Under the pieces are notes generated by a model. The model did no database searches, had not been told where the DNA came from, and worked only from the letters and a program-made list of their open reading frames with translations. The translations under genes were made by a program, and so were the position numbers. 64,000 nucleotides of DNA from Nitrospirota bacterium (GTDB lineage Bacteria; Nitrospirota; Nitrospiria; Nitrospirales; Nitrospiraceae), in contig CAVPGK010000010.1 in NCBI GenBank assembly GCA_963703955.1, positions 160,001-224,000 on the forward strand, read 5' to 3'. Positions 29,583 to 39,208 of the stretch are shown piece after piece. Position 1 is the stretch's first letter. Each line of letters opens with the position of its first letter.

Positions 29583-30887
29583 CTAAGACTCAGACAGCGG
29601 TCCGCTCGCGAACTTGCCCGCCTGCATCACTCCGGCGATCCGGGTTCGATCCCGAAGCAGGTTGATCCGCCTCAGAGGGTTCCCGTCAACAATCAGGAGG
29701 TCCGCCTGTTTGCCGACCTCAATGGTTCCGACTGACTGGTCGATCCCCAACAAGCACGCGGCTCTTGAAGTCCCGGCCATGATGGCTTGCATGGGGCTCA
29801 GGCCAAGGCTGACCATGCGTTCCAATTCCTGCGCATTTTCTCCGTGATAGTTGAACGGCGTTCCCGCGTCGGTTCCCAAGGCGATGGCAATACCGGCGCG
29901 AATCGCCTTCTTGAAGCTGGCGACGTGCCGATCCCGCATGGATCGGGCTCTCTCCAGAGCGGTCGCGGGAATTCCACTCGAGAGGCTGCATCCGGCGGTT
30001 GTGGCCAATGCCGAGAGCGTGGGCACCATGAACACGCTATTGTCGCGCATCAACGCGGCGGCTTCATCATCCATCAATGTGGCATGTTCGATCGAATGAG
30101 CGCCCGCGCGGACGGCATTTTTCATCCCTTCGGCTCCATGGGCGTGGGCGGCCACTCGGCGGCCGGCTCGCCGAGCCTCGGCCATCCCTGCTGTCAATTC
30201 TTCCAGGCTCAGTTGGGCGGAGTCCGGCGAGGTGTCGGGGGTCAGCACGCCGCCGGAAGCGATGAACTTAATGACGTCTGCGCCAGCGGCTAATTGTTCA
30301 CGAACTGCCCCCACGATATCGGTCGGTCCGTCCGCCTGGCGGCCGATGAAGCGGGCGTGACCGCCTGTCATGCAGATCGCCAGGCCGGCCGCGAGAATCC
30401 GAGGTCCCGGTATCAGTCCGGCTGCAATGGCCTGTTTGAGCGCAAACACCGAATGATCTCGAAAGCCGAGGTCGCGAACCGTCGTGAATCCGGCTTCCAG
30501 CGTGCGGCGGGCATAGGTGGCGGCCTTGAGCAGAGTGAATCCAGGGTCTTCATCGCGAATCGTCCGGACCACATCCGCCTCGGCGCCCAGGCACAGGTGA
30601 ACGTGGCAGTCGATGAGACCCGGTAAGACCGTCAGGCCCCGGACGTCTACCTCTCGTGAACCACGCGGAACGGGAGTCGATCTGTCTTCACCCACGGCCA
30701 GGATGCGCGATCCTTGAATCAGAATGGTTGCCCGCTCGCGTACCTGGCCACGACCGTCGATGAGTCGAACCCCCCGCAAGGACAGGACCGTGTTGGCTGC
30801 AGGTTTCTTCATGCTGTCGGGAAGCGCAGGTTTACGTGACAGGCCCAGAGCGGTGAGCGACTCGAACCTACTCTTACTTGGATTCAA
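29583..30887 (-). CDS. Metal-dependent amidohydrolase (Xaa-Pro dipeptidase-like)
   Basis: PGLIDCHVH, GADVIK, AAHAHG, SIEHA, GTDAG. Alternative start at 30812. Confidence 0.9.
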   Translation of the reverse strand: MNPSKSRFESLTALGLSRKPALPDSMKKPAANTVLSLRGVRLIDGRGQVRERATILIQGSRILAVGEDRSTPVPRGSREVDVRGLTVLPGLIDCHVHLCLGAEADVVRTIRDEDPGFTLLKAATYARRTLEAGFTTVRDLGFRDHSVFALKQAIAAGLIPGPRILAAGLAICMTGGHARFIGRQADGPTDIVGAVREQLAAGADVIKFIASGGVLTPDTSPDSAQLSLEELTAGMAEARRAGRRVAAHAHGAEGMKNAVRAGAHSIEHATLMDDEAAALMRDNSVFMVPTLSALATTAGCSLSSGIPATALERARSMRDRHVASFKKAIRAGIAIALGTDAGTPFNYHGENAQELERMVSLGLSPMQAIMAGTSRAACLLGIDQSVGTIEVGKQADLLIVDGNPLRRINLLRDRTRIAGVMQAGKFASGPLSES

Positions 30888-31473
30888 TCGGGATCGTGAT
30901 CACGATCCCTCCCATGACGTCATTCAACTTAAAATCACGTTTCGGACTGTTCGGGTGGGAGTTATGGCAGTCGATGCACGCCTGCGAGACGGCCACGTCG
31001 GCGTAGATGGCTTGAAAAAAGCGGTTTCTCTCGTTCTTGACGAACCCCGTGTATGGATGGTCAGGGTCCTTGTTCACCGTCTCAAGACCTTTTCGTTCGA
31101 AATCGGTGGAAGGAGCATTCCACACGTAAATGGGCCAAAGACTGACCAACCGGTATTTGACCCCACTGCCTCTCTCCGCCGCCAGTCGTCCTGTTTCAAT
31201 TAAGAACTGTGCCGGAAGGGGAAGCGCAGCCTCTTGCTTCCAATGTTCAGCCGCTTCCACGATGCCTTTCGCTTGCATCTTCTCAACGACATAGGTTGCA
31301 TAGACGGTTCGGTTCGCTTCGATGACCGCATGGAGGTGCTCGGCAACCTTCGCCGGATTAATACCGACCTGCTCGTCGGGGTCCCTTAACGCGGCGGACA
31401 CAGCCCAAAAGGCCATGCCGCCGAGGATCAGGAGAAAAACGCACGCAGCTCCCCAGAGGACGACTCGTTTCAT
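30874..31473 (-). CDS. DUF3365 (Tll0287-like) heme-binding protein
   Basis: TM anchor; LPLPAQF, YRLVSLWPI, CIDCH, DVMGGIVITIP. Confidence 0.85.
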   Translation of the reverse strand: MKRVVLWGAACVFLLILGGMAFWAVSAALRDPDEQVGINPAKVAEHLHAVIEANRTVYATYVVEKMQAKGIVEAAEHWKQEAALPLPAQFLIETGRLAAERGSGVKYRLVSLWPIYVWNAPSTDFERKGLETVNKDPDHPYTGFVKNERNRFFQAIYADVAVSQACIDCHNSHPNSPKRDFKLNDVMGGIVITIPIESK

Positions 31474-31481
31474 AGGCCTCC

Positions 31482-32675
31482 TTATCTGTGGACTTGACGA
31501 TACGCCTGCGCCGCCGCTTCCAGGGATGCGCCTGGACGTTCGATCCAGCGGTCGCGCACGCCGATCTCTTCCAGGGCGCTGAGGAGAGTCCACACGTGTG
31601 TTCGGGAGGAGGACTCGCCCATCAGACCGATCCGCCACACCTTGCCCTGAAGCGGGCCCAGGCCACCTCCGATCTCAATCCCATAGTCGCGCAACAGCGC
31701 AGCGCGAACGGCAGCCTCCTTGACCGAAGGCGGCACGGTGACGCAATGCAGGGTGGGGAGGCCGTAGCCTTCCTGCGCTAGCGGGGACAAACCCAGAGAC
31801 CCCAGCCCGGCGAGAAGCGCCCGGCTGTTCACTTGATGCCGAGCAAAGCGAGCCTCCAGTCCTTCTTCATGCACGAGACGAAGGGCCTCCCGCAGTGCGT
31901 AGAGCATGGAGATGGGCGCGGTATGGTGGTAGGCTCGTTTGGAATCCGCCCAATAATCCGCGATCAACGTCATGTCGAAGTACCAACTCTGGCACAAAAC
32001 ATTTCGTCGCCGAATGGCGGCCATCGCCTGTTCGCTCAATGTGAGAGGAGCCAGGCCAGGCGGGCAACTCAGACATTTTTGTGTCGCGCTATAGCATGCG
32101 TCGATCCCCCAGTGGTCCACCTGCACCGGCAACCCGCCGAGCGACGTCACGGCATCCACAACGAACAGGGCGTTGTGTTCCCGACAGAGCGCGCCGATCT
32201 GTTCAAGGGGTTGAAGCACGCCGGTTGAGGTTTCCGCGTGGACGAGTGCGACAGCCTTCACCGGGCCGGAACGCTTCAACGCGGTCTCGATCGCCTCCGG
32301 CTCGATAATCCGTCCCCACGGGGCCTCAACGCGGACACATTTTCCACCGGACCGTTCTACGATAGCGGCCATTCGTGAGCCGAACACGCCGTTGATCCCC
32401 ACAAGAACTGAATCCCCGGGCTCGATTAGATTGATCAGCGCGGCTTCCATACCGGCGGAACCGGTTCCCGATACGGCGATGGTAAATGGATTGCCGGTTT
32501 GAAAGACGAAACGCAGAAGATCTTGAATCTGGTCCATGATCGAGAGAAAGTCCGGGTCAAGATGACCAACCGGAGGAGTGCTCATCGCCCGCAAGACTCG
32601 GGAATGCACCATGCTGGGACCTGGCCCGAGCAGCAGTCGAGATGGGGGAGTCAGTTCATCGAATCGTCTGTTCAT
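31482..32675 (-). CDS. Alanine-glyoxylate aminotransferase family (class V PLP enzyme)
   Basis: LLGPGPS, SGTGSAGME, HAETSTG, VDAVTSLGG, SATQKCLSCPPG, YHHTAP. Confidence 0.93.
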   Translation of the reverse strand: MNRRFDELTPPSRLLLGPGPSMVHSRVLRAMSTPPVGHLDPDFLSIMDQIQDLLRFVFQTGNPFTIAVSGTGSAGMEAALINLIEPGDSVLVGINGVFGSRMAAIVERSGGKCVRVEAPWGRIIEPEAIETALKRSGPVKAVALVHAETSTGVLQPLEQIGALCREHNALFVVDAVTSLGGLPVQVDHWGIDACYSATQKCLSCPPGLAPLTLSEQAMAAIRRRNVLCQSWYFDMTLIADYWADSKRAYHHTAPISMLYALREALRLVHEEGLEARFARHQVNSRALLAGLGSLGLSPLAQEGYGLPTLHCVTVPPSVKEAAVRAALLRDYGIEIGGGLGPLQGKVWRIGLMGESSSRTHVWTLLSALEEIGVRDRWIERPGASLEAAAQAYRQVHR

Positions 32676-32854
32676 AGCGGAAAGACCGTGATGCAAACCA
32701 ACGGAACGCAAGGAGGAGGCTGTATTATAGCGGACGCTCACAGGGCGATGCTACCGTAAGGAACATGCGGCTATTTGCCGACCTCATCTCTGATCAACGC
32801 CAGGAGGTGACCTGTCTCGTGCTATACTCCACCTTTGCTTGATGATAAAGAAGA

Positions 32855-34345
32855 ATGGTGGACTGTCCTGATAGACCCGACTCGCTTATTCCCTGTTCTG
32901 CATATGGCCAGACCGAACTCACTCCGGCAGATGCCCATGATCCTCATTTCTCCCCGGCCATAACGTTCGTGTCGGCGCTCGCCCTGGTGGGGAGTATTCT
33001 GTTTTTCGTGTGGCTCCAATTCACCGTGCCGCCTGTGGAGCGAATCGCGTCAGCGGACCGTGCGCTGGCGTTGATGGTGGGACGGACCATGGAGTTGGAT
33101 GTCGCCTTGGCAGGTGCCCCGGCTTGGGAACGATGGCTGCACGACATGACGACGGATACCGGCGTGGATGAACTGGCGCTGGCCATCACCTGGTACAAGG
33201 AATTAGCCGCGTCGTCGAACCAGCCTCTGGTCCATCTCCAGATGGCGGTGTTGGAGGCAGAAGCGGGCCGACTGGAGCAGGTAGATCAGAAGAGCCGAGC
33301 ATGGACTCATCTGGCTGATCCGTACCCGTTTTTTGCGCGCGTGGTCCGAGGCGCCTATCTGGAACCACGCCAGCGACCCTCGGATGAACAGGGATTGCAG
33401 GCGGAATTGGCAGAAAGGATACCGGCAAGCTGGTTTTACGATCGATTAGCGATCAGTCTCGCTGAGCGAGCCGGCGATGCCGCGTTGCTGTCGGCATCTC
33501 AGGCCTCCTTGGCCGCGCGCGGGGCGCTGTTACTGTGGCGTATCCGGATCTTGACGGCAATTGAACTGCTGTTGATTGTCGCCGGACTCTTCGGCGTGCT
33601 GCTTCTGATAATGAAGATGCGGCAAGGCCCCGGCGCTCGTTTCCTCATGGGAACCGCTTCAATTCCACCGCCCTGGCGAGGGCGGGTCGGTATGGCGGTC
33701 CTTGTGCGAGGGGGAGCGCTCGCCGTTCTGATCTCTGCCGTGTTTCTCTTCATCGATGTGGAAAGCCCGTGGCTTGAGTTGAGTGCGATGCCGATCGCGA
33801 GTCTCCCCTTACTGATAATGGCTCGGCGGCACCTCTTCAAGCCGGCGGGCCTGACATTGTGCCAGGGACTAGGCCTTCAACCGCTTCGATCCGGCCGACG
33901 GAGCCTCGTTCCGGTGTTGCTGGCGCTCGTGGCTATCGGGCTTCTGGGCGAATGGGGACTGGGCGTGTTGGCAGAATGGCTGGATCTCTCCAGTCACTGG
34001 ACCGAGTGGTTTGACCCCGATTTGGTATGGGGGAATGGCCCGGTCTTGGCCATGAGTCTGCTCGAGTTTGTGTTCTTTGCCCCCGTGCTTGAAGAAATTG
34101 TGTTCCGGGGACTGCTCTTCAGCACGCTTCGCCGAAGGTTCGGATGTGGGGCGTCGGCGATTTTCAGCGCGAGTATCTTTGCTGGGGCTCACGGGTATGG
34201 TGCGCTGGGGTTCGCCAGTGTGTTTTGGAGCGGCATGCTTTGGGCGTGGGCTTATGAGAAAACAGGAAGTCTCCTTCCCGGCATCCTGGCGCATGCCCTG
34301 AACAATCTATTGGTTTGCATGACGGTCATCTGGTTTCTTCGTTAG
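32855..34345 (+). CDS. CPBP family intramembrane glutamic endopeptidase with long N-terminal domain
   Basis: Intact EEIVFRG, FAGAH and HALNN motifs; several TM helices. Confidence 0.88.
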   Translation: MVDCPDRPDSLIPCSAYGQTELTPADAHDPHFSPAITFVSALALVGSILFFVWLQFTVPPVERIASADRALALMVGRTMELDVALAGAPAWERWLHDMTTDTGVDELALAITWYKELAASSNQPLVHLQMAVLEAEAGRLEQVDQKSRAWTHLADPYPFFARVVRGAYLEPRQRPSDEQGLQAELAERIPASWFYDRLAISLAERAGDAALLSASQASLAARGALLLWRIRILTAIELLLIVAGLFGVLLLIMKMRQGPGARFLMGTASIPPPWRGRVGMAVLVRGGALAVLISAVFLFIDVESPWLELSAMPIASLPLLIMARRHLFKPAGLTLCQGLGLQPLRSGRRSLVPVLLALVAIGLLGEWGLGVLAEWLDLSSHWTEWFDPDLVWGNGPVLAMSLLEFVFFAPVLEEIVFRGLLFSTLRRRFGCGASAIFSASIFAGAHGYGALGFASVFWSGMLWAWAYEKTGSLLPGILAHALNNLLVCMTVIWFLR

Positions 34346-34667
34346 TTGGCTTTGGCCCCGAGAACTGGAGCCGTGCGAAAAAATCTGCATCCCCCCTATC
34401 CCGACGAATGGTGGGATCGTAAGGAGGAATAATATGGTTGGAAGATCTTCTATTATCGATCTACGCTTCACTGGATCCAGGCCCAGCCTTTCACCTGCCT
34501 GAGTTCAACGTAGGAAGTTCACCTACAGACTTACACTATAAGTATTATCATTTTTTAGCCTTGATTTATGATTCTGATTTCACTATAGTGTGGTTTCATA
34601 AACCTCGGCGTCGTCATTGCCCGTTACAACCCCCGCGCAAACTCGAATTTCTCTATAGTGAGGCCTT

Positions 34668-35564
34668 ATGAAGCTCAGCGTCATTATTCCCTGTTACAAC
34701 GCGGCCGATGCCATCGGGGAACAACTCAACGCACTTGCAAGCGAGCGTTGGTCTGAGTCGTGGGAAGTCATAGTAGTGGACAATCTCTCGACCGATGACT
34801 CGATGAAAGTTGTGGACAGATACAAGGCCCGTCTGCCCAACCTCCGGATTGTTAACGCACATGACCGGCGTGGCCTGCCATACGCTCGAAATGTTGGCAT
34901 CAGAGCTGCCCGTAGTGAAGCCATTGCCTTCTGTGACGCCGATGACCAGGTTGCTCCAGGCTGGGTGTCGGCCATGGGGAACGCGCTGCAGACGTTCGAT
35001 TTGGTCGCGTGTCGGTTCGAGACCAAGACACTGAATCCGCCGTGGTTAAGTGAAGCACTTGAAAACCGCGTGTGCGGCCAACAACGAGAAGACCTGGCAC
35101 AGAATTGGTACCCCCCATATCTCCCGCACGCGTCAGGCGGCACTCTTGGTATCAGGCGTTCGCTTCATGAAGCGATCGGTGGGTTTGATGAATCCCAACT
35201 ATTTTTGTCGGACACCGACTATTGTTTCCGGGCCCAACTACTTGGCCACAAGTTACATTTTGTGCCTGATGCCGTGGTCCACTATCGCTACCGCACGACG
35301 CTCCGGGGTATCTATATCCAAGCTCGTAACTGGGCGCAATACGATACGCTCCTATTCAAGAAATATGGATACAAAGGCTCTCGAGAACTATGGCGGTGGC
35401 AGGCATACCTGAAGGTTTGTGCGGCGGTGGTCAAGAAGCTGCCTGGTTCGCTGCCTTCACGAGAAGGCAGGGCGGTCTCAATGTGGAGGATGGGGCGCTT
35501 AGTGGGAGCACTCAAGGGAAGTCTTCTGTATCGCGTCCCGCCTGCTGAAATAGAATCATGGTGA
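34668..35564 (+). CDS. Glycosyltransferase family 2
   Basis: LSVIIPCYN, VVDNLSTD, ARNVG, FCDADD, GGFDE. Confidence 0.92.
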   Translation: MKLSVIIPCYNAADAIGEQLNALASERWSESWEVIVVDNLSTDDSMKVVDRYKARLPNLRIVNAHDRRGLPYARNVGIRAARSEAIAFCDADDQVAPGWVSAMGNALQTFDLVACRFETKTLNPPWLSEALENRVCGQQREDLAQNWYPPYLPHASGGTLGIRRSLHEAIGGFDESQLFLSDTDYCFRAQLLGHKLHFVPDAVVHYRYRTTLRGIYIQARNWAQYDTLLFKKYGYKGSRELWRWQAYLKVCAAVVKKLPGSLPSREGRAVSMWRMGRLVGALKGSLLYRVPPAEIESW

Positions 35565-35978
35565 GGGCTTGGTGTAAAGCGCATTATCAACGATTTATTT
35601 TTTGGAGTCGTGGTCGAGAGGATCGGGACCCGTGAAACAAGCCTTTTTGAGTCTAAAGCAGACACGCAACAGCCGTTGTGCTCGTATTCGTTATCGGCGT
35701 GTTGGCGTTTTGGACCCCCGGCGCATCAAGCATTCACCGTCTTCCAGCTGACATCCTTACCGCTATTTCCTGGTCTGGACACCTCAACAGGAATTGGTCG
35801 TGCTGAAGACGTCGAAGGCTGACCGACTAACTGCGAGCGCGGTGAAGTTTTTGATTGAAGGTACCGAACGTCAAGATACTTGTGGGGACTTATGGCCGAG
35901 GCAGGGTTTCCGGAGGCTTTTGAGGGGTGATGTAATACTTGAAGGCGGATAGAAGCATGAAGACAAAACAAGAAATTT

Positions 35979-37982
35979 TTAGTTACTAAAAGAAATATGT
36001 TTGGACTTCTCCTTGCTAAATCTAATTACTGTATTTTGTATGGCATCATATTCTATTTTATCAACTGGCATTAGTTCTTCATCTGACCATGGTTCACCCG
36101 ATTTTTTCCAAAGCATTAGAGTAGCATATGTCACGGTCTTTTTTGCATCCGGGGAAAATCGCGATGCAACATTGATAACTTCACTTTCTTCGCTTAACGG
36201 GTTCGACCCTTTCGAATGTATCGTCTCCATCTTATCCCACCCTGTCAACGGCGCCATTGCTAATTGGTAAACTCCATTGTCCATAATTTGAATTTCGTGG
36301 CCGTTAACTTTTCTTGTTTGCCGTTTGATAGAGCCATTCACAACAGGCAAAGCATAATGTCCAAGACGCAATTCAACAGGGTCCGTGCTGAGGTTTCTAT
36401 CGATCCTCAAAATTCCATTAGGTAGCGGTATGTCAGCAAGGTTAAGTCGAATATTCTTGTTAGTCTCTAAAACAGCATCGCGGTAGTAAATACCGTCTTC
36501 AAATTTTATAAAATCATATAGCCGTAAGGGCTCCCATTCATCTTTTGCATTCTTAAAAACATAGCTCATTGCCACCGTGCCATTGCTGCTGTCGGCCTGC
36601 CAGGGAAATGCACTATTGTAAGATAAGCGGTTATAATTCTCACTTCCACGAAACGGTTCTTCTGCCACAGGCACATGGCACCAGGATCTTATTTCCGCGG
36701 CACCAATACCCGGGTAATCGGTAATTAATATATTAGGACCGGTTTGAAATTTGTTATACACAGACCCCTTCTGTAATTCTTTTCCCCATGGGCCTTCATT
36801 CTCCTCGGTTGTCCAAAACAGGTTATTCTCCGGGAGCAATAATCCAAGAAACGCCTTGCCCATCCAAAAAACACTACCGCGGCAACTATAACTTTGAACA
36901 GCTGGCTCAAATGGTCCATAGAAGCCCAGCGTTGGAATATTATCTTCCAGCAAATCCGGGTTTTGGAGGAATTGGAGGATTACGCCTGAAGAAATCCTTC
37001 TCATCCATCCGTAATTGGTGGTTGGATCATTTTCAAAACCCATCATCGGAAATGGTATGATGGCCCCCATACGATAGCTGATACTTCGACCCCACATAAT
37101 CATTTCTCCATTCCTGCTAAACATATAAGGGTAATTATTCTTTACCTCCTTGAAATTAGCCAGGAATTTTGCTGCATATTCGGGATAGTATTTTTTTCCA
37201 AAGACCTCTGACCATAGCATTCCATACATCTGGAATGCCCACATACTGTAATAATCATAAGCCGGATTGTCATCGTACCATCCGCTACCGGTATAATGGG
37301 CCAGTGATTGTTGCAGGTATTCTTCCAGCAATCCTTCGTTCACTTTATATCCCCTGCTCTTGTAAAAACTCAAAACAAAAATGTTAAAAAATTTCCAGTT
37401 GTTAGGAAATGTTGGGCCATCTCCATAGCTAAGCATAGTTGCAGCCAGCCCATCTTTTTGTTTTTGAGTAAGCGGCTCCCACAAAATGTCAGGAATGAAA
37501 AATAACGAAATAGACAATGCCCCGAATTCAACGAGGGTCGAGTCGAGCCAGCCGTTTTTACCCCTTGGTGAGCTACTCGTGGAATCAATCAGCTTTCTTA
37601 GCTGGTGACGGTAGTAGTCCGCCAAGCTGATATTATTGATCTTCAGGTTCGGGTCTTCCTTGAGCAGAGGCATGGCCATGAGCAAAGTGCGGCAAAGACC
37701 TTCCAGGGTTTCAGCGGGTATCTGTCCTTCATCGAGAGGGTAACTTTTCCCTGGCTGTTTAGGAAATTTCATCGGGTCATCAAGGCTATGCACATAACTG
37801 AACGCACCTTCCAGCAGATACATCGCTGCATCCTTCCAATGCCTTCTTGTCATACCCGTAAAAGGACTTAATTCATAATCAGCATTCTTAACCTGAAATA
37901 CCTTAGACTGGGCACCTACAATTCGTTGCCAAACACCAGCAATGAACGCGCCCACCAACCGTGGCCATCCTTCGGTACTCAT
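35979..37982 (-). CDS. DUF2264-domain protein (putative glycoside hydrolase), AT-rich
   Basis: SPFTGMTRRHW, LEGLCRT, NNWKFF, GWYDD..YDYYSMWAF, WGRSISYR, YSCRGSVFW motifs. Confidence 0.8.
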   Translation of the reverse strand: MSTEGWPRLVGAFIAGVWQRIVGAQSKVFQVKNADYELSPFTGMTRRHWKDAAMYLLEGAFSYVHSLDDPMKFPKQPGKSYPLDEGQIPAETLEGLCRTLLMAMPLLKEDPNLKINNISLADYYRHQLRKLIDSTSSSPRGKNGWLDSTLVEFGALSISLFFIPDILWEPLTQKQKDGLAATMLSYGDGPTFPNNWKFFNIFVLSFYKSRGYKVNEGLLEEYLQQSLAHYTGSGWYDDNPAYDYYSMWAFQMYGMLWSEVFGKKYYPEYAAKFLANFKEVKNNYPYMFSRNGEMIMWGRSISYRMGAIIPFPMMGFENDPTTNYGWMRRISSGVILQFLQNPDLLEDNIPTLGFYGPFEPAVQSYSCRGSVFWMGKAFLGLLLPENNLFWTTEENEGPWGKELQKGSVYNKFQTGPNILITDYPGIGAAEIRSWCHVPVAEEPFRGSENYNRLSYNSAFPWQADSSNGTVAMSYVFKNAKDEWEPLRLYDFIKFEDGIYYRDAVLETNKNIRLNLADIPLPNGILRIDRNLSTDPVELRLGHYALPVVNGSIKRQTRKVNGHEIQIMDNGVYQLAMAPLTGWDKMETIHSKGSNPLSEESEVINVASRFSPDAKKTVTYATLMLWKKSGEPWSDEELMPVDKIEYDAIQNTVIRFSKEKSKHISFSN

Positions 37983-37989
37983 CGAGCCG

Positions 37990-38930
37990 CTATTCTATCA
38001 GATCATGGGCGGTGTGGTGTGCAGCCGTGTAGACCCCTCCTGTGATCGTTGGATCAGTGTGACCGACAACCATCATCACCAGATCCCGCGGAACACCGGC
38101 GTTAATCAGACGAGTCACGACGGTATGCCGGAACGAGTGTCAGAGGCCTTTTACCTTTCATACCGACCTTCTCTGGTAGCGTTGGAACCACTTCGTCACC
38201 GAGTCACCGACAGTCTGACGAGCCTTGTTCTTCATCGTTGGTCCTCCTTCACCCCTTCGTAGTCGATGCCGTCAACAGGTTCTTGGCTGAGAAATGATCA
38301 TGGCGGATTGACCAGGAGAAGAAGTGTTTGAGGTCCTTGAGGGCCAGGGTGACTGTTCTCTTCGTCACCCTTGCAACGCCCTGCTGACCTTCGAGACTTC
38401 GGAGCATGTCAGCGATGGGCTTCTCATGAAGCCGGTCAGGAATGCGCCGAGGAAAGCGGCTGAACGTGTCCCTGAACCGGATGCAGTCCGCCTTCACGAT
38501 CTCCTGAACCGGCTTGTCCCCGCCGATGATCTTCACTAAGAAGGCAACGTCCTTCTCGTGGTTCGTACGCTCGTCTCGGTGGCCGTGGTGCGCGAAGTAG
38601 TCCTTGAAAAGCTCCGTGAAAAACCGTGGAGGCGTCAAGAATCCATCACCACCAACAGAGCCAGCGGGAGGAAGAGGAACCGCAGCGCCGCTGCCGTGTT
38701 CCGCTTCGTGGCACTCACCATTCCACCGTTCGATCTCCGCTCTGCAGAGCCGATGGAACGACGACATGGGATTGATTGCCTGAGCGCCGATGCTGTACCA
38801 TTTGGCCTCCATTTGCTGTGCCTCGAAGGGCTTCAGCAGCGGTATTCGTGGGGAGGGAAATCAACGATCTCGGCCAGGATCGGTGTACACCTTCAGGGCA
38901 GAAGCGGGAAAAGGCACGGCCCATTGACCT
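37990..38930 (-). pseudogene. Fragmented tyrosine recombinase (phage integrase-like)
   Basis: 38139..37990 reads HSFRHTVVTRLINAGVPRDLVMMVVGHTDPTITGGVY (HxxR, H, Y). 38249..38812 has a core-binding-like segment (RTVTLALKDLKHFFSWSI). The central part is missing or disrupted. Confidence 0.78.
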
Positions 38931-39208
38931 TCTGTTCGTTATTTGCGAACATTCTATGCTTTCCTAAGCTTTCATCGAAGACCGGAGGACTCGTCTTCCT
39001 TGCACAATTTCTGAGAAAGGGGATTCATACTCGTAACCGTAGCGATGTAAACGTGTGGCTGAATACTCCTGCCTTGATGTATACTTCACGAGGACTGATT
39101 CCTGGCCATGACCGATACCAAAGTCACATTGATCCTCTGCGCTTGCCTTGCTGAGAGCAACCCGTATTGTTGAGAGGTCCAAGGGCTTTGTCAGGAGACA
39201 ATCGCGCC

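Noticed and set aside
34346..34667. tRNA or att site at the island border
   Set aside because: No cloverleaf or T-loop motif, and no matching direct repeat was found by eye.
37990..38930. Integron integrase for the cassette at 26-27 kb
   Set aside because: It lies 11 kb away, is fragmentary, and looks like a phage/island-type recombinase; no IntI-specific features were recognisable.
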